From contig CAYZRF010000014.1 of NCBI GenBank assembly GCA_964480775.1, positions 1 through 32,000 of the forward strand: a stretch of 32,000 nucleotides of DNA, read 5' to 3'. This document shows, piece by piece, positions 18,145 through 25,909 of the stretch (position 1 is the first letter of the stretch; the number at the start of each line of letters is the position of its first letter). A program made the position numbers and the translations under genes. Below the pieces are notes generated by a model. It ran no database searches. It was not told where the DNA came from and worked only from the letters and a program-made list of their open reading frames with translations. This DNA comes from an uncultured Nitrososphaerota archaeon (GTDB lineage Archaea > Korarchaeota > Korarchaeia > Korarchaeales > Korarchaeaceae).

Positions 18145-19074
18145 TTAAAGATCGATTATCTCTCCGTCCCTAACCACGTAGAATCCTTCGTCAAGAAGAT
18201 ACTTTCTTTCCTTTGAATTCTCTGGTATTAGTGGGTTTGTATTGTTAAGATGAGTGTAGAACTTTCGTTTGACGTTTAAATCACGTAACACCGCGACGCT
18301 CCCCGTATTTCCTACGATAGGTACGTGTCCCAATTCAATAGAGGTCTTACTTGAAATTCCAAGCTCAATAAGCTCTTCATCCCTGTAAAAGGTCCCGTCG
18401 AATATCAAGACATCTGCCTCTTCCATTTCTCTCAAAGCCAGAGGGGTTATTTCCCTTATGTCGGGGATGTAGACCAAGGTCTTGCCCGTGCTGTTCTCCT
18501 CTATCCTGTAGCCTACGGTGTCACCCTCCAACTCCTCATTGAAAGGTTCTTCTTTAACTGAAATCGGTCTGTGATGCACGCTAAATGCCTCAAAGATCAA
18601 ACCACTCGGCTTCTCAGCTTTTCCTAAGATCTCTTCCTGCTTGTTAAGCTTGATCTCAATCCAGTCGTCCTCATCTATCCCCTCCCTAAAGACCAAGTTG
18701 TTGTACAGGAGATACTCCTTTGTTCTTCTCGTGCCGTAGATCAAAGTCCTTGTTTCACCAACCACACCCCCCAATCCTATGGCGGGAAGACCTAACACGT
18801 GGTCAGGATGGGCATGTGTCAACAGCACGGCACAAATCTTGTTCTCACGAAGCTTTGAAGGATAAAGCTCCCTGGCGGCTTCTATCTGCCGACCAAGATC
18901 GGGGGACGCGTCTATTAGGTACCACTTGTTCCCATCGGGACTTATCGCAATACAGGACTGAGTTCTCCTACTAGCCTTAATTGTCCCTTCCCTAAAGCCT
19001 TTGCAGTTTGGGCACCCACAGTTCCACTGTGGAAAGCCACCAAGAGCAGCTGAACCAAGGATTATTATCCTCAT
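18145..19074 (-). CDS. PqqB-like MBL-fold protein
   Basis: The N-terminus ILGSAALGGFPQWNCGCPNCKGFREGTIKASRRTQSCIAIS closely matches the PqqB signature as I remember it (LGSAAGGGFPQWNCNC.NC...). It also has the HxHxDH motif LTHAHPDHVLG. Confidence 0.8.
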   Translation of the reverse strand: MRIIILGSAALGGFPQWNCGCPNCKGFREGTIKASRRTQSCIAISPDGNKWYLIDASPDLGRQIEAARELYPSKLRENKICAVLLTHAHPDHVLGLPAIGLGGVVGETRTLIYGTRRTKEYLLYNNLVFREGIDEDDWIEIKLNKQEEILGKAEKPSGLIFEAFSVHHRPISVKEEPFNEELEGDTVGYRIEENSTGKTLVYIPDIREITPLALREMEEADVLIFDGTFYRDEELIELGISSKTSIELGHVPIVGNTGSVAVLRDLNVKRKFYTHLNNTNPLIPENSKERKYLLDEGFYVVRDGEIIDL

Positions 19075-19180
19075 TTGCCTTCAATGGGCTCACAGGATAT
19101 TAGTTAAAAACCAATTTTAGGGTCCAAAAAGCAGATACTAAAGTCTCTTCCCAGATAAAGACCAGCTTGGTTACTTCCTA

Positions 19181-20236
19181 TTATAGGGAAAGCGCCTCTA
19201 TCTCCGCCTCTTTTGCTTTCTTTTCTTCTGTCTCTTCTTTCTCAAGCAAAGGCCTTACTTTCTCAACGAATTCGCGATACCTGTTCCTTACGGTTACTTC
19301 AGTAACGGAGACGGCCTGTGCTAGCTCCCTCTGGGTTCTGTGTATCCCCTCTTCCTGGGTAGCAAGATAAACTGCTCCAGCAGCCGTTCCAGCGGGCTCC
19401 CTTCCTAGGGTAACGCCTACCTCCCTAGCTATTCTTAATATCCTTATCGACTTCATAACAATTGATTGAGGGAGCTTTAGCTTCGAAACAATCCTCGAAA
19501 CGTATATCTCCGGTTTAGGTGGTGGTATTCTCACATCAAGCTTCCTGAAGAGGAACCTAAAGCTTCTGCCCACCTCTTTCTCCGAAAGTTCGAAGAATGA
19601 AGCTATCTCCTGTAAGAACCTCGGAACCTCCGTCCTACGGCAGGCTGCATAGATTACGGCTGCGACCATGGCATCCATGCTCCTTCCTTTAACTAGGCCA
19701 GCAGAAGAAGCCAACCTGTACAGTTTTGCAGCGTCCTCAACTGTATGAGACGGCAGGTCTAAGCGCTCTGCTATTGCTCTTATCTTGAACAATGCAGGCA
19801 TGACTCTTTTTTCCTTCCTACTCCTGACGTGCTTTTTAGTCCTTCTAAGGATCCTAATGGATCTTCCGCTAAGACCCTTAGAGTATGCGATTTTTGTGTC
19901 CAGCCCATATGCTGTTCTGGTAGGAGATACCGGTGCTCCAGACCTAGCCCTTTCCATAAATTCCTCGGTACTAAAAGCTCTCCAATCCTTTCCCTCTAGG
20001 AAAAGGCCCTTGGCCAAAACTAGACCACACTCAGAGCAGACAAGCTCTCCGCTCTCCTCGTCCACGATGATCTTGTTGCTACCGCACCTTGAACATATTC
20101 TCTTCCTCTCCACGATGTAGTGAGGATCATCGCCGCTTCTCTCATACTTAGAGCTGCGTTTGATCTCGTTTAGAGAGGATTCCGATTCAGACAAAAAGTA
20201 CAACTCCCAGAAAACTATCCCAATATAAGGTAACAA
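19181..20236 (-). CDS. tfb: Transcription initiation factor B (TFB), divergent paralogue; start codon unresolved
   Basis: It has a Zn ribbon (CSRCGS...CSECG) and two cyclin-like repeats (AAVIYAACRRTEVPRFLQEIA and AGAVYLATQEEGIHRTQRELAQAVSVTEVTVRNRYREF). No in-frame ATG precedes the Zn ribbon. Candidate starts are TTG at 20236, 20203 or 20194, or GTG at 20113. Confidence 0.85.
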   Translation of the reverse strand: MLPYIGIVFWELYFLSESESSLNEIKRSSKYERSGDDPHYIVERKRICSRCGSNKIIVDEESGELVCSECGLVLAKGLFLEGKDWRAFSTEEFMERARSGAPVSPTRTAYGLDTKIAYSKGLSGRSIRILRRTKKHVRSRKEKRVMPALFKIRAIAERLDLPSHTVEDAAKLYRLASSAGLVKGRSMDAMVAAVIYAACRRTEVPRFLQEIASFFELSEKEVGRSFRFLFRKLDVRIPPPKPEIYVSRIVSKLKLPQSIVMKSIRILRIAREVGVTLGREPAGTAAGAVYLATQEEGIHRTQRELAQAVSVTEVTVRNRYREFVEKVRPLLEKEETEEKKAKEAEIEALSL

Positions 20237-20243
20237 AGGGGGT

Positions 20244-20251
20244 ATTTAAAT
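20244..20251 (-). promoter_or_regulatory. TATA-like box upstream of the TFB gene
   Basis: TTTAAATA on the minus strand lies only 8 nt from the longest-ORF TTG. This argues that the real start is further downstream. Confidence 0.4.
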
Positions 20252-20338
20252 GAAATAACAAACGAGGAACATGAGTTCTACGAGCCTAAAGATTTAGCTA
20301 AAGGCGTTAATAAATGAGAAAAGCGATGTGCGTCGTTA

Positions 20339-21985
20339 TTAATAATACTCCCTGAAGATGTCCCTAAGCACCGTTTCCAGCTTCTCATCGATGAGACCCC
20401 TGCTATCCAAAAGACGCCTTAAACTGTCGAACTGGCTCTTTGTGATGTCTCCAAGCTGAGGCAAAAGCTCCATCTTGAAAGCCCCTGAGACCAACATGAT
20501 CGTGTCGTCAATTCCCTGAGATCTAAGTGAGCCAATTATAGAGGCTGCCTGCAGCAGTGTACCGGTGCCGATGGGCCTCCTCACAATACCTCTTATGTCC
20601 CTAACGAGCTCATTAAGCTCCTGAACAGCCTCCCTCAGCACTTCGTCCTCAAGGATGGCAGTTTTTATTGCAAAGCTCATGGCTTTGTCTTTCTCTCTCT
20701 CAAGGCATTTCCTACTCGATGGAGGCTCTATGAAGACGTGTGAGAAGCACCTAAGAAGCGCAAACCCCATTGAGCTTAGGCCTGATCTATCAAAGGTGTT
20801 CATAGTTCCCACTATTCTGAAGTCCCTTGGCAGTTTCAGATGATCTGGATCCTCAGCCTGATGCAAACCATCTTTCAGGATATCCAGTATCTCTCTGGCC
20901 TCCTTCACCATATCCTTGAGTTCAGGCTCCTCTGATAAATACAGGTAAGAGTACGCTTCCTCTATCAGGCTTTTAGGAAGCACCCTTTCATCAGGTACCC
21001 CTGAGAAGATTGTTACGAGATCCCCAAAAACTCCATATATGTCTGCTCTGTTGAACTCCTCAATCACGAGCAGTACTCCTCTGCCTTCCTTCTTCTTTTT
21101 GATGTGATTTGCCAGGGCTCTTAGTAAGAAGCCCGGCTTCCAAAGGGTCCGGCCTCCAACAGAACGTGGACCACCTATCACGTCCTTCCTAGTCCATTCA
21201 GAGGTTGCCGTGAGCAATATCGTCTCGAAGTTGAGCGCATCGGCAACCGCTTTAGCCAAGGAGGTCTTTCCACAACCAGGTGGGCCAACCAGAAGGAGAT
21301 GCCTGCCAGAGTCAAAGGCAGCGACGACCTCTTCAAGGATTCCCTTGTCAAAAATCAGGTCTCTTCTTGACACGGCTTCTTCCAAGTTCCTCGGATCCAG
21401 AAACAGGATCTCCCAGGTGGGCTCAGCGACAAGCGGAATAGTCTCTATTTTAGTGGCTTTTGTTATGATCTCCTCGATTATCCTTTTTGCTGCCTTGGAT
21501 CCAACTCTCATGAAACCTCTTGGAGCAAACTTCTCCTTGTAGCCAGCTTTAACGTTGAAATCACTTCTGGGCATGTTAAGAACACAAATGTCGTTGAGAA
21601 AGAAAAGCAGGCTCCAGGTTTTACCGTCCTTGTCCTTTCCCCAAACTTTTAGGGCTATTTCCTCATTTTCTAATTTGAAAGCTACCTGCGCAGAACACAC
21701 ATATCGGTTATCGTAGTAAAAGACTACGTAATCCCCTTCTTTGAGCGATTTCCAAGCCTCCTTCAACTCCTGCTTTAGACCCCACATCTTTACCTTTCTA
21801 TCCGGATAGAGATGCTCGAGTATCCTCTTCTCCTCTTCCTTAAGGAGGTCTGCAATATTATCGATAGAGACTAAGTTTTCAAAGCTTGTTAACGCACTCG
21901 CCTCTTCTAAGGTGCTAACAGAAATGACGCTTTTGTTGATGCGTTCTTTTGATCCTGTTGCTATGAAAACCTGCTTCTGGACCAT
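20339..21985 (-). CDS. McrB-family AAA+ GTPase with an unassigned ~190-aa N-terminal domain; no McrC partner gene
   Basis: It has Walker A LLLVGPPGCGKTS, the McrB-type Walker B / NRA motif LLVIEEFNRADIYGVFGDLV, the McrB signature RIVGTMNTFDRS, then ALLRCFSHVFIEPP and a helical lid. The N-terminal region (KMWGLKQELKEAWKSLKEGDYVVFYYDNRYVCSAQV...TWSLLFFL) looks like a small beta-barrel reader domain. The ATG start is clean. Confidence 0.8.
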   Translation of the reverse strand: MVQKQVFIATGSKERINKSVISVSTLEEASALTSFENLVSIDNIADLLKEEEKRILEHLYPDRKVKMWGLKQELKEAWKSLKEGDYVVFYYDNRYVCSAQVAFKLENEEIALKVWGKDKDGKTWSLLFFLNDICVLNMPRSDFNVKAGYKEKFAPRGFMRVGSKAAKRIIEEIITKATKIETIPLVAEPTWEILFLDPRNLEEAVSRRDLIFDKGILEEVVAAFDSGRHLLLVGPPGCGKTSLAKAVADALNFETILLTATSEWTRKDVIGGPRSVGGRTLWKPGFLLRALANHIKKKKEGRGVLLVIEEFNRADIYGVFGDLVTIFSGVPDERVLPKSLIEEAYSYLYLSEEPELKDMVKEAREILDILKDGLHQAEDPDHLKLPRDFRIVGTMNTFDRSGLSSMGFALLRCFSHVFIEPPSSRKCLEREKDKAMSFAIKTAILEDEVLREAVQELNELVRDIRGIVRRPIGTGTLLQAASIIGSLRSQGIDDTIMLVSGAFKMELLPQLGDITKSQFDSLRRLLDSRGLIDEKLETVLRDIFREYY

Positions 21986-22130
21986 CTACACACCTATGAG
22001 ATGTAACCTATGTGTTTTGAATTTTTCAAAATACTAAAAACATTGTTGTTAAAGGATTTTCCTTTATTAGGGTTCAGGAGTTAATTAGTAAGAACACCAC
22101 TGACTTGGCCTCTGATTCACTCAAGATGCA

Positions 22131-23132
22131 CTAGAAATTGCCTTTAAGAAGGCTGAGAATCCTTTGTTCTGCCCTAAACATTGGATGACTGGATGTATTC
22201 TTGTGAAGCTCGTCAAAAGAGGGATAGCCAACTTGGCGTTCCATCGCCCACTCTCGCGCGAACTCTCCACTCAATATTTCGTTCACTACGCCTTCAACGA
22301 CCTTCTTCAGCTTGTCCCTAAACAAGTTGCTCCTCGAAAGCTGTCCGTACTGGCTTGTGGTAGAGTGTAACCTCATCTGCTCATAAAAGCCCATCTCGCA
22401 TGCAGACTTCCATATCTCGATAATCTCTCCTGAGGCATAGAGTTCAAGCACCTCTATCTCTGGCCTGACACCCGCCTGTACAGCTTTTTCAAAGGCTAAA
22501 GTCAAAATTGCAATAAATGCAGCACCAACTACCTGCTCTGAGATAAGATCGCTTACAGTTTCCTCCTTAAAAGATGACTTAAAAGCCCCAGCACGTGTGA
22601 AGCCCAGTGCTTTTGCAAGAGCCAGAGAAATGTCCCATGCCATGCCGTTCGAGTCCTGACCAACACCGACCAATGCGGGAGCACCGCTTCCTTCCTGAAA
22701 TAGCTCCCTCACACCCCTGCCTATCATCCTCGGGGCTACTAAGACGACATTCACGTTTTCAGGTGGCTTTATGAAACCAAACGTGATGTTGTAGCCGCTT
22801 GCAAAGCACAGAGTCTTCCCAGATCTTAGCTGTCCATGAATATCAGAGTAATAAACTGCAGGCATTACCTCATCAGGGATGAGAAGACATATCACATCGG
22901 CGTTTGCAGCTGCTTCACCTATAGGATGGACTTCAAAGCCGTCTTCGATGGCCTTTTTCCAGTACTTGTCCTTAATATTGCCAACGATTACATTTAACCC
23001 ACTGTCCCTCATATTTAGGGACCATGCCCTTCCTTGATTTCCATAACCTATGATTCCTATCACCTTGTCCCCTAAAATTGAGAGATCTGCGTCCTCGTCG
23101 AAGTAAACCTTTACGGATCCAACCATCTTCAT
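22131..23132 (-). CDS. ilvC: Ketol-acid reductoisomerase (class I)
   Basis: It has VYFDEDADLSILGDKVIGIIGYGNQGRAWSLNMRDSG and the C-terminal knotted-domain motifs (SEQVVG, LHSTTSQYG). The start is probably ATG at 23132 or 23126; the track uses TTG at 23156. Confidence 0.9.
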   Translation of the reverse strand: MKMVGSVKVYFDEDADLSILGDKVIGIIGYGNQGRAWSLNMRDSGLNVIVGNIKDKYWKKAIEDGFEVHPIGEAAANADVICLLIPDEVMPAVYYSDIHGQLRSGKTLCFASGYNITFGFIKPPENVNVVLVAPRMIGRGVRELFQEGSGAPALVGVGQDSNGMAWDISLALAKALGFTRAGAFKSSFKEETVSDLISEQVVGAAFIAILTLAFEKAVQAGVRPEIEVLELYASGEIIEIWKSACEMGFYEQMRLHSTTSQYGQLSRSNLFRDKLKKVVEGVVNEILSGEFAREWAMERQVGYPSFDELHKNTSSHPMFRAEQRILSLLKGNF

Positions 23133-23295
23133 TTTAACCGATGACAAATCTGACAACAGAATTTAATCTCTGTCCTCCTTTTTCTTTTAATAGCTGAAGC
23201 CAGAAAGGTCAAATAAGTCTTTTCGACCGAGTTCGCTTAGCAGACCAGGGTAATGCTTTAAGTATGTATAAAGTGTAATTACTTTGGTAATGATC

Positions 23296-23520
23296 ATGGG
23301 TACTGTTACGATTAAAGTCGATGATGAGCTAAAGAGAAAGATGAAGACTGTCGAGATCAACTGGTCTGAGTATCTAAGAGAGGCAATTAGACAGAGGATT
23401 GAGTTGGAGGAAAGAAAGCATGCTGCTGAGAAGCTGTTAGAGAGCTTAAAGGGAAAGAAGCATGCTACCCCCCGAGGCTTCATAAACAAGACAATTAGGG
23501 AGATGAGAGAAGCCCATTGA
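23296..23520 (+). CDS. vapB: VapB-type antitoxin (same family as 28674-28895)
   Basis: This small protein (TVTIKVDDELKRKMKTVEINWSEYLREAIRQRIELEE) has a stop that overlaps the start of the downstream PIN gene. A GTATAAAG box lies about 25 nt upstream. The start is ATG at 23296 or 23290. Confidence 0.7.
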   Translation: MGTVTIKVDDELKRKMKTVEINWSEYLREAIRQRIELEERKHAAEKLLESLKGKKHATPRGFINKTIREMREAH

Positions 23521-23960
23521 AGGTTTACGTAGTAGATGCATCGGTTGCATCTAGGTTCTTACTGGTTGAAGAATTTTCTGATAAAGCCAGCTTGGTCTTA
23601 GAGGATTTCCTCTCTGGAACCATAGATCTGAAAGCCCCCGAATTAGTGGTTTACGAGGTGGGCAATACACTATGGAAAGCAGTCAAGCAAGGGTTCATTG
23701 GCATTGAAGAGGCTATTCAGAATTTTTCCTACTTTCTTAAGCTTAGAATAGGGTCCGTTAGGTTAGATGAAGAAGGCCATAAAGCGATCCTTGAGTGGAG
23801 CATTAAGAATAAGGCGACGTACTATGACAGCGCGTATGTGTTGTGTTCAAAGATATTAGAGGCAACTCTATTGACAGCAGACGAAATTTTGTATAAGAAA
23901 GCTCGAAAAGAGGTTTCAACCATGCACTTGAAAGACTATCGAGCCTTATCTAAGAGATAA
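23517..23960 (+). CDS. vapC: PIN-domain toxin VapC
   Basis: It begins VYVVDASVASRFLL and has conserved acidic positions (YEVGN, YYDSAY, LLTADE). The TTG start overlaps the vapB stop (ATTGA). Confidence 0.85.
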   Translation: MKVYVVDASVASRFLLVEEFSDKASLVLEDFLSGTIDLKAPELVVYEVGNTLWKAVKQGFIGIEEAIQNFSYFLKLRIGSVRLDEEGHKAILEWSIKNKATYYDSAYVLCSKILEATLLTADEILYKKARKEVSTMHLKDYRALSKR

Positions 23961-23978
23961 AGTCTTTTTGTAGAGGTA

Positions 23979-24428
23979 TCAGGTTCTTTTTACCTCCTTT
24001 CTTTTCTCTCCTAAGATCTCTGATTCATAATATTTCTTTAACCTCTTATATTCTGCGCCGCCGCCTTCTTCCAAAACAGCTATACCGTCCTTTATCATAG
24101 ATTTGTTAATGAATATTTTGTTTTCAAAGGTAAATAGCCGTAAACTGTTCTGCTTTCCACCGATTTGATAGTGGCGTCTATCCTAAGGAAGACTCCTTTT
24201 TTGCACGTATTTTCTTAAATACTCGATCGCTCGGTTTTCGTCAACTACTTTTAACCCCGTATCCAATTCTACCTCGTCTGGAGCTATATCCTCATAACTT
24301 TGTGGATACGCACCTTTTTGGGTATGAGCTTATTGATTCCCTTGGCCCTTGGTTCACAATATCACACCTTTTGCCAATCGAAAGATAATGCTCTTTTCAT
24401 TTATTCTTATTTCCTGTGTATAATCCAT
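23979..24428 (-). pseudogene. Decayed gene of unknown family (frameshifts plus an internal stop)
   Basis: My hand translation of the minus strand gives MDYTQEIRINEKSIIFRLAKGVIL, then a stop. The sense continues in another frame as ...QKGAYPQSYEDIAPDEVELDTGLKVVDENRAIEYLRKYVQKRSLP, then TAG, then DRRHYQIGGKQNSLRLFTFENKIFINKSMIKDGIAVLEEGGGAEYKRLKKYYESEILGEKRKEVKRT and a stop at 23981-23979. The composition is protein-like, but I recognise no family. Confidence 0.4.
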
Positions 24429-24752
24429 TTCAGCTTATTTTTTACAGCCCATTGCTAAAAATTTACTATTTCAATTCATAAAGAACTGTCACTTTTTCGA
24501 CGTTTACTGACCTTAAACAGAACTTCTTAATTTGAACGACTATGTAACAGCCTAAGATGGCCCAAACATGAAGTTGTCTGCTTACTATCATCTTAGTCTA
24601 AGGACATAAAATCCAGAGGATTCAAGACCAATATATGCAGCCACAGGAGCATAATGGGTTTATTATAAAACAGGGGATATGGAAATAATGCCCCATCATG
24701 TTATCCTGCTGATAGCCATCCCAACTTATGGATTTTGAAGGTTGGATGCCCG

Positions 24753-25613
24753 ATGATTAGAAGGGAGGGAAAGGTTTTCGGCTTTTTCTCTGCTCCGGGG
24801 GGAGTAGGAAAAACGACCATTGCCCTGCTCTTGGGATGGCTCCTTAGAAAAGGAGGAAAGAAAGTTCTTCTCGTTGATATGGATCCAAGCAGCGCCCTCT
24901 CGCTGACGGTAATGAGAGAGATGGCGAGCTTAATCATATATGAAAAGAGAGAGCTCACCCTCTCTCATATCTTCAGGAGAGTTATGGAGGATAAGCAACA
25001 CATAAGTTTGGAGGATTATCTTGTGTCAAAGGCCTTTCCTCCGGGCGAAGACCTTGAACTCGACATACTAACGTCTGACCTCAACCTCACCAAGGTTGTG
25101 GACTCACTATGGTTCAGCCAAAGAGCAAGAGGCGAGATCCTACTTAAAGAGCTACTTGACGTCTTAGGAGTGAGGAAAGGCTATGAGTGTACCATAATCG
25201 ACTCAATCCCCTTCTACGATAGAAAATACGTTGTTATGGTCATTCAAGGAGCGGATAAGTGCATAATTCCGCTAAGGCCTTCCATAATTGATGTCTACAG
25301 GACGGAAATGATGCTTAAGGAGTTACCGAAAATATTAGACATGAAAAAGGAAGAGTTAGTCTCAAAAATTGGCCTAGTATTCAACATGGTAAGGCGGGGA
25401 AGCAAACAAACGAGGTACATGAAAATGTACCTACACTTCTTTAGGAACAGAATTTCCCCAGACCTAAAGGTTTTTTCCTCGTATATTCCCCTAAAGGTTT
25501 CTTTCAGTAGAATAGGGACCGAGGAAGAGACTCCATTTGATAGAGAGGATGTTAGACGGGAGTTCTCCGGATTCTTTTCGGAGTTCTTAAACTGGGCAGG
25601 CTTAGAGAGCTAA
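24753..25613 (+). CDS. ParA/MinD-superfamily (SIMIBI) ATPase, orphan, with an atypical Walker A
   Basis: FGFFSAPGGVGKTTIALLLG is a Walker A with Pro where the deviant-Walker-A signature Lys normally sits (KGGxGKT). It also has A' KVLLVDMDP and Walker B CTIIDSIP. I prefer the ATG at 24753; the track starts at the TTG at 24735. Confidence 0.8.
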   Translation: MIRREGKVFGFFSAPGGVGKTTIALLLGWLLRKGGKKVLLVDMDPSSALSLTVMREMASLIIYEKRELTLSHIFRRVMEDKQHISLEDYLVSKAFPPGEDLELDILTSDLNLTKVVDSLWFSQRARGEILLKELLDVLGVRKGYECTIIDSIPFYDRKYVVMVIQGADKCIIPLRPSIIDVYRTEMMLKELPKILDMKKEELVSKIGLVFNMVRRGSKQTRYMKMYLHFFRNRISPDLKVFSSYIPLKVSFSRIGTEEETPFDREDVRREFSGFFSEFLNWAGLES

Positions 25614-25629
25614 ATTTTGATCAAAATTT
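25612..25629. repeat. 18-bp perfect palindrome AAATTTTGATCAAAATTT
   Basis: I read it directly from the sequence. It overlaps the stop codon of the ParA-like gene and lies between convergent genes. It could be a bidirectional terminator hairpin or a binding site. Confidence 0.6.
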
Positions 25630-25666
25630 CCACAGCCAAATTATTGGCGGGCGTGTAACTTACCTT

Positions 25667-25909
25667 TCAACCACCTTTAATATTGCAGGATCCCAGTACC
25701 TTTTTCTTTAGTACTAGGCGAAAAACACCTTGCGGGCAGTGTTCAACACAAAGACCGCATCCTATGCATTTTTCCTGATCAACTTCGACGTGGTGGCCCT
25801 CAATATCTTCATATATTGAGATTGCGCGCGCATAGCACCTCATAAGGCAAATTCCGCAGTCCTCACATCTATCAGCCCTGTACGGTTCCGACATTATAAA
25901 CGAGGGCAT
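25667..25909 (-). CDS. Small 2x[4Fe-4S] ferredoxin-type protein
   Basis: It has two Cys clusters, CEDCGICLMRC and CIGCGLCVEHCP. It is 80 aa with an ATG start. Confidence 0.85.
   Translation of the reverse strand: MPSFIMSEPYRADRCEDCGICLMRCYARAISIYEDIEGHHVEVDQEKCIGCGLCVEHCPQGVFRLVLKKKVLGSCNIKGG

Noticed and set aside
9950-19120. A shared 12-mer, AAAAGCAGATAC, in two intergenic regions (about 9957 and about 19120).
   Set aside because: A single 12-nt match in 32 kb of AT-rich sequence is within chance expectation, and the flanks show no similarity.
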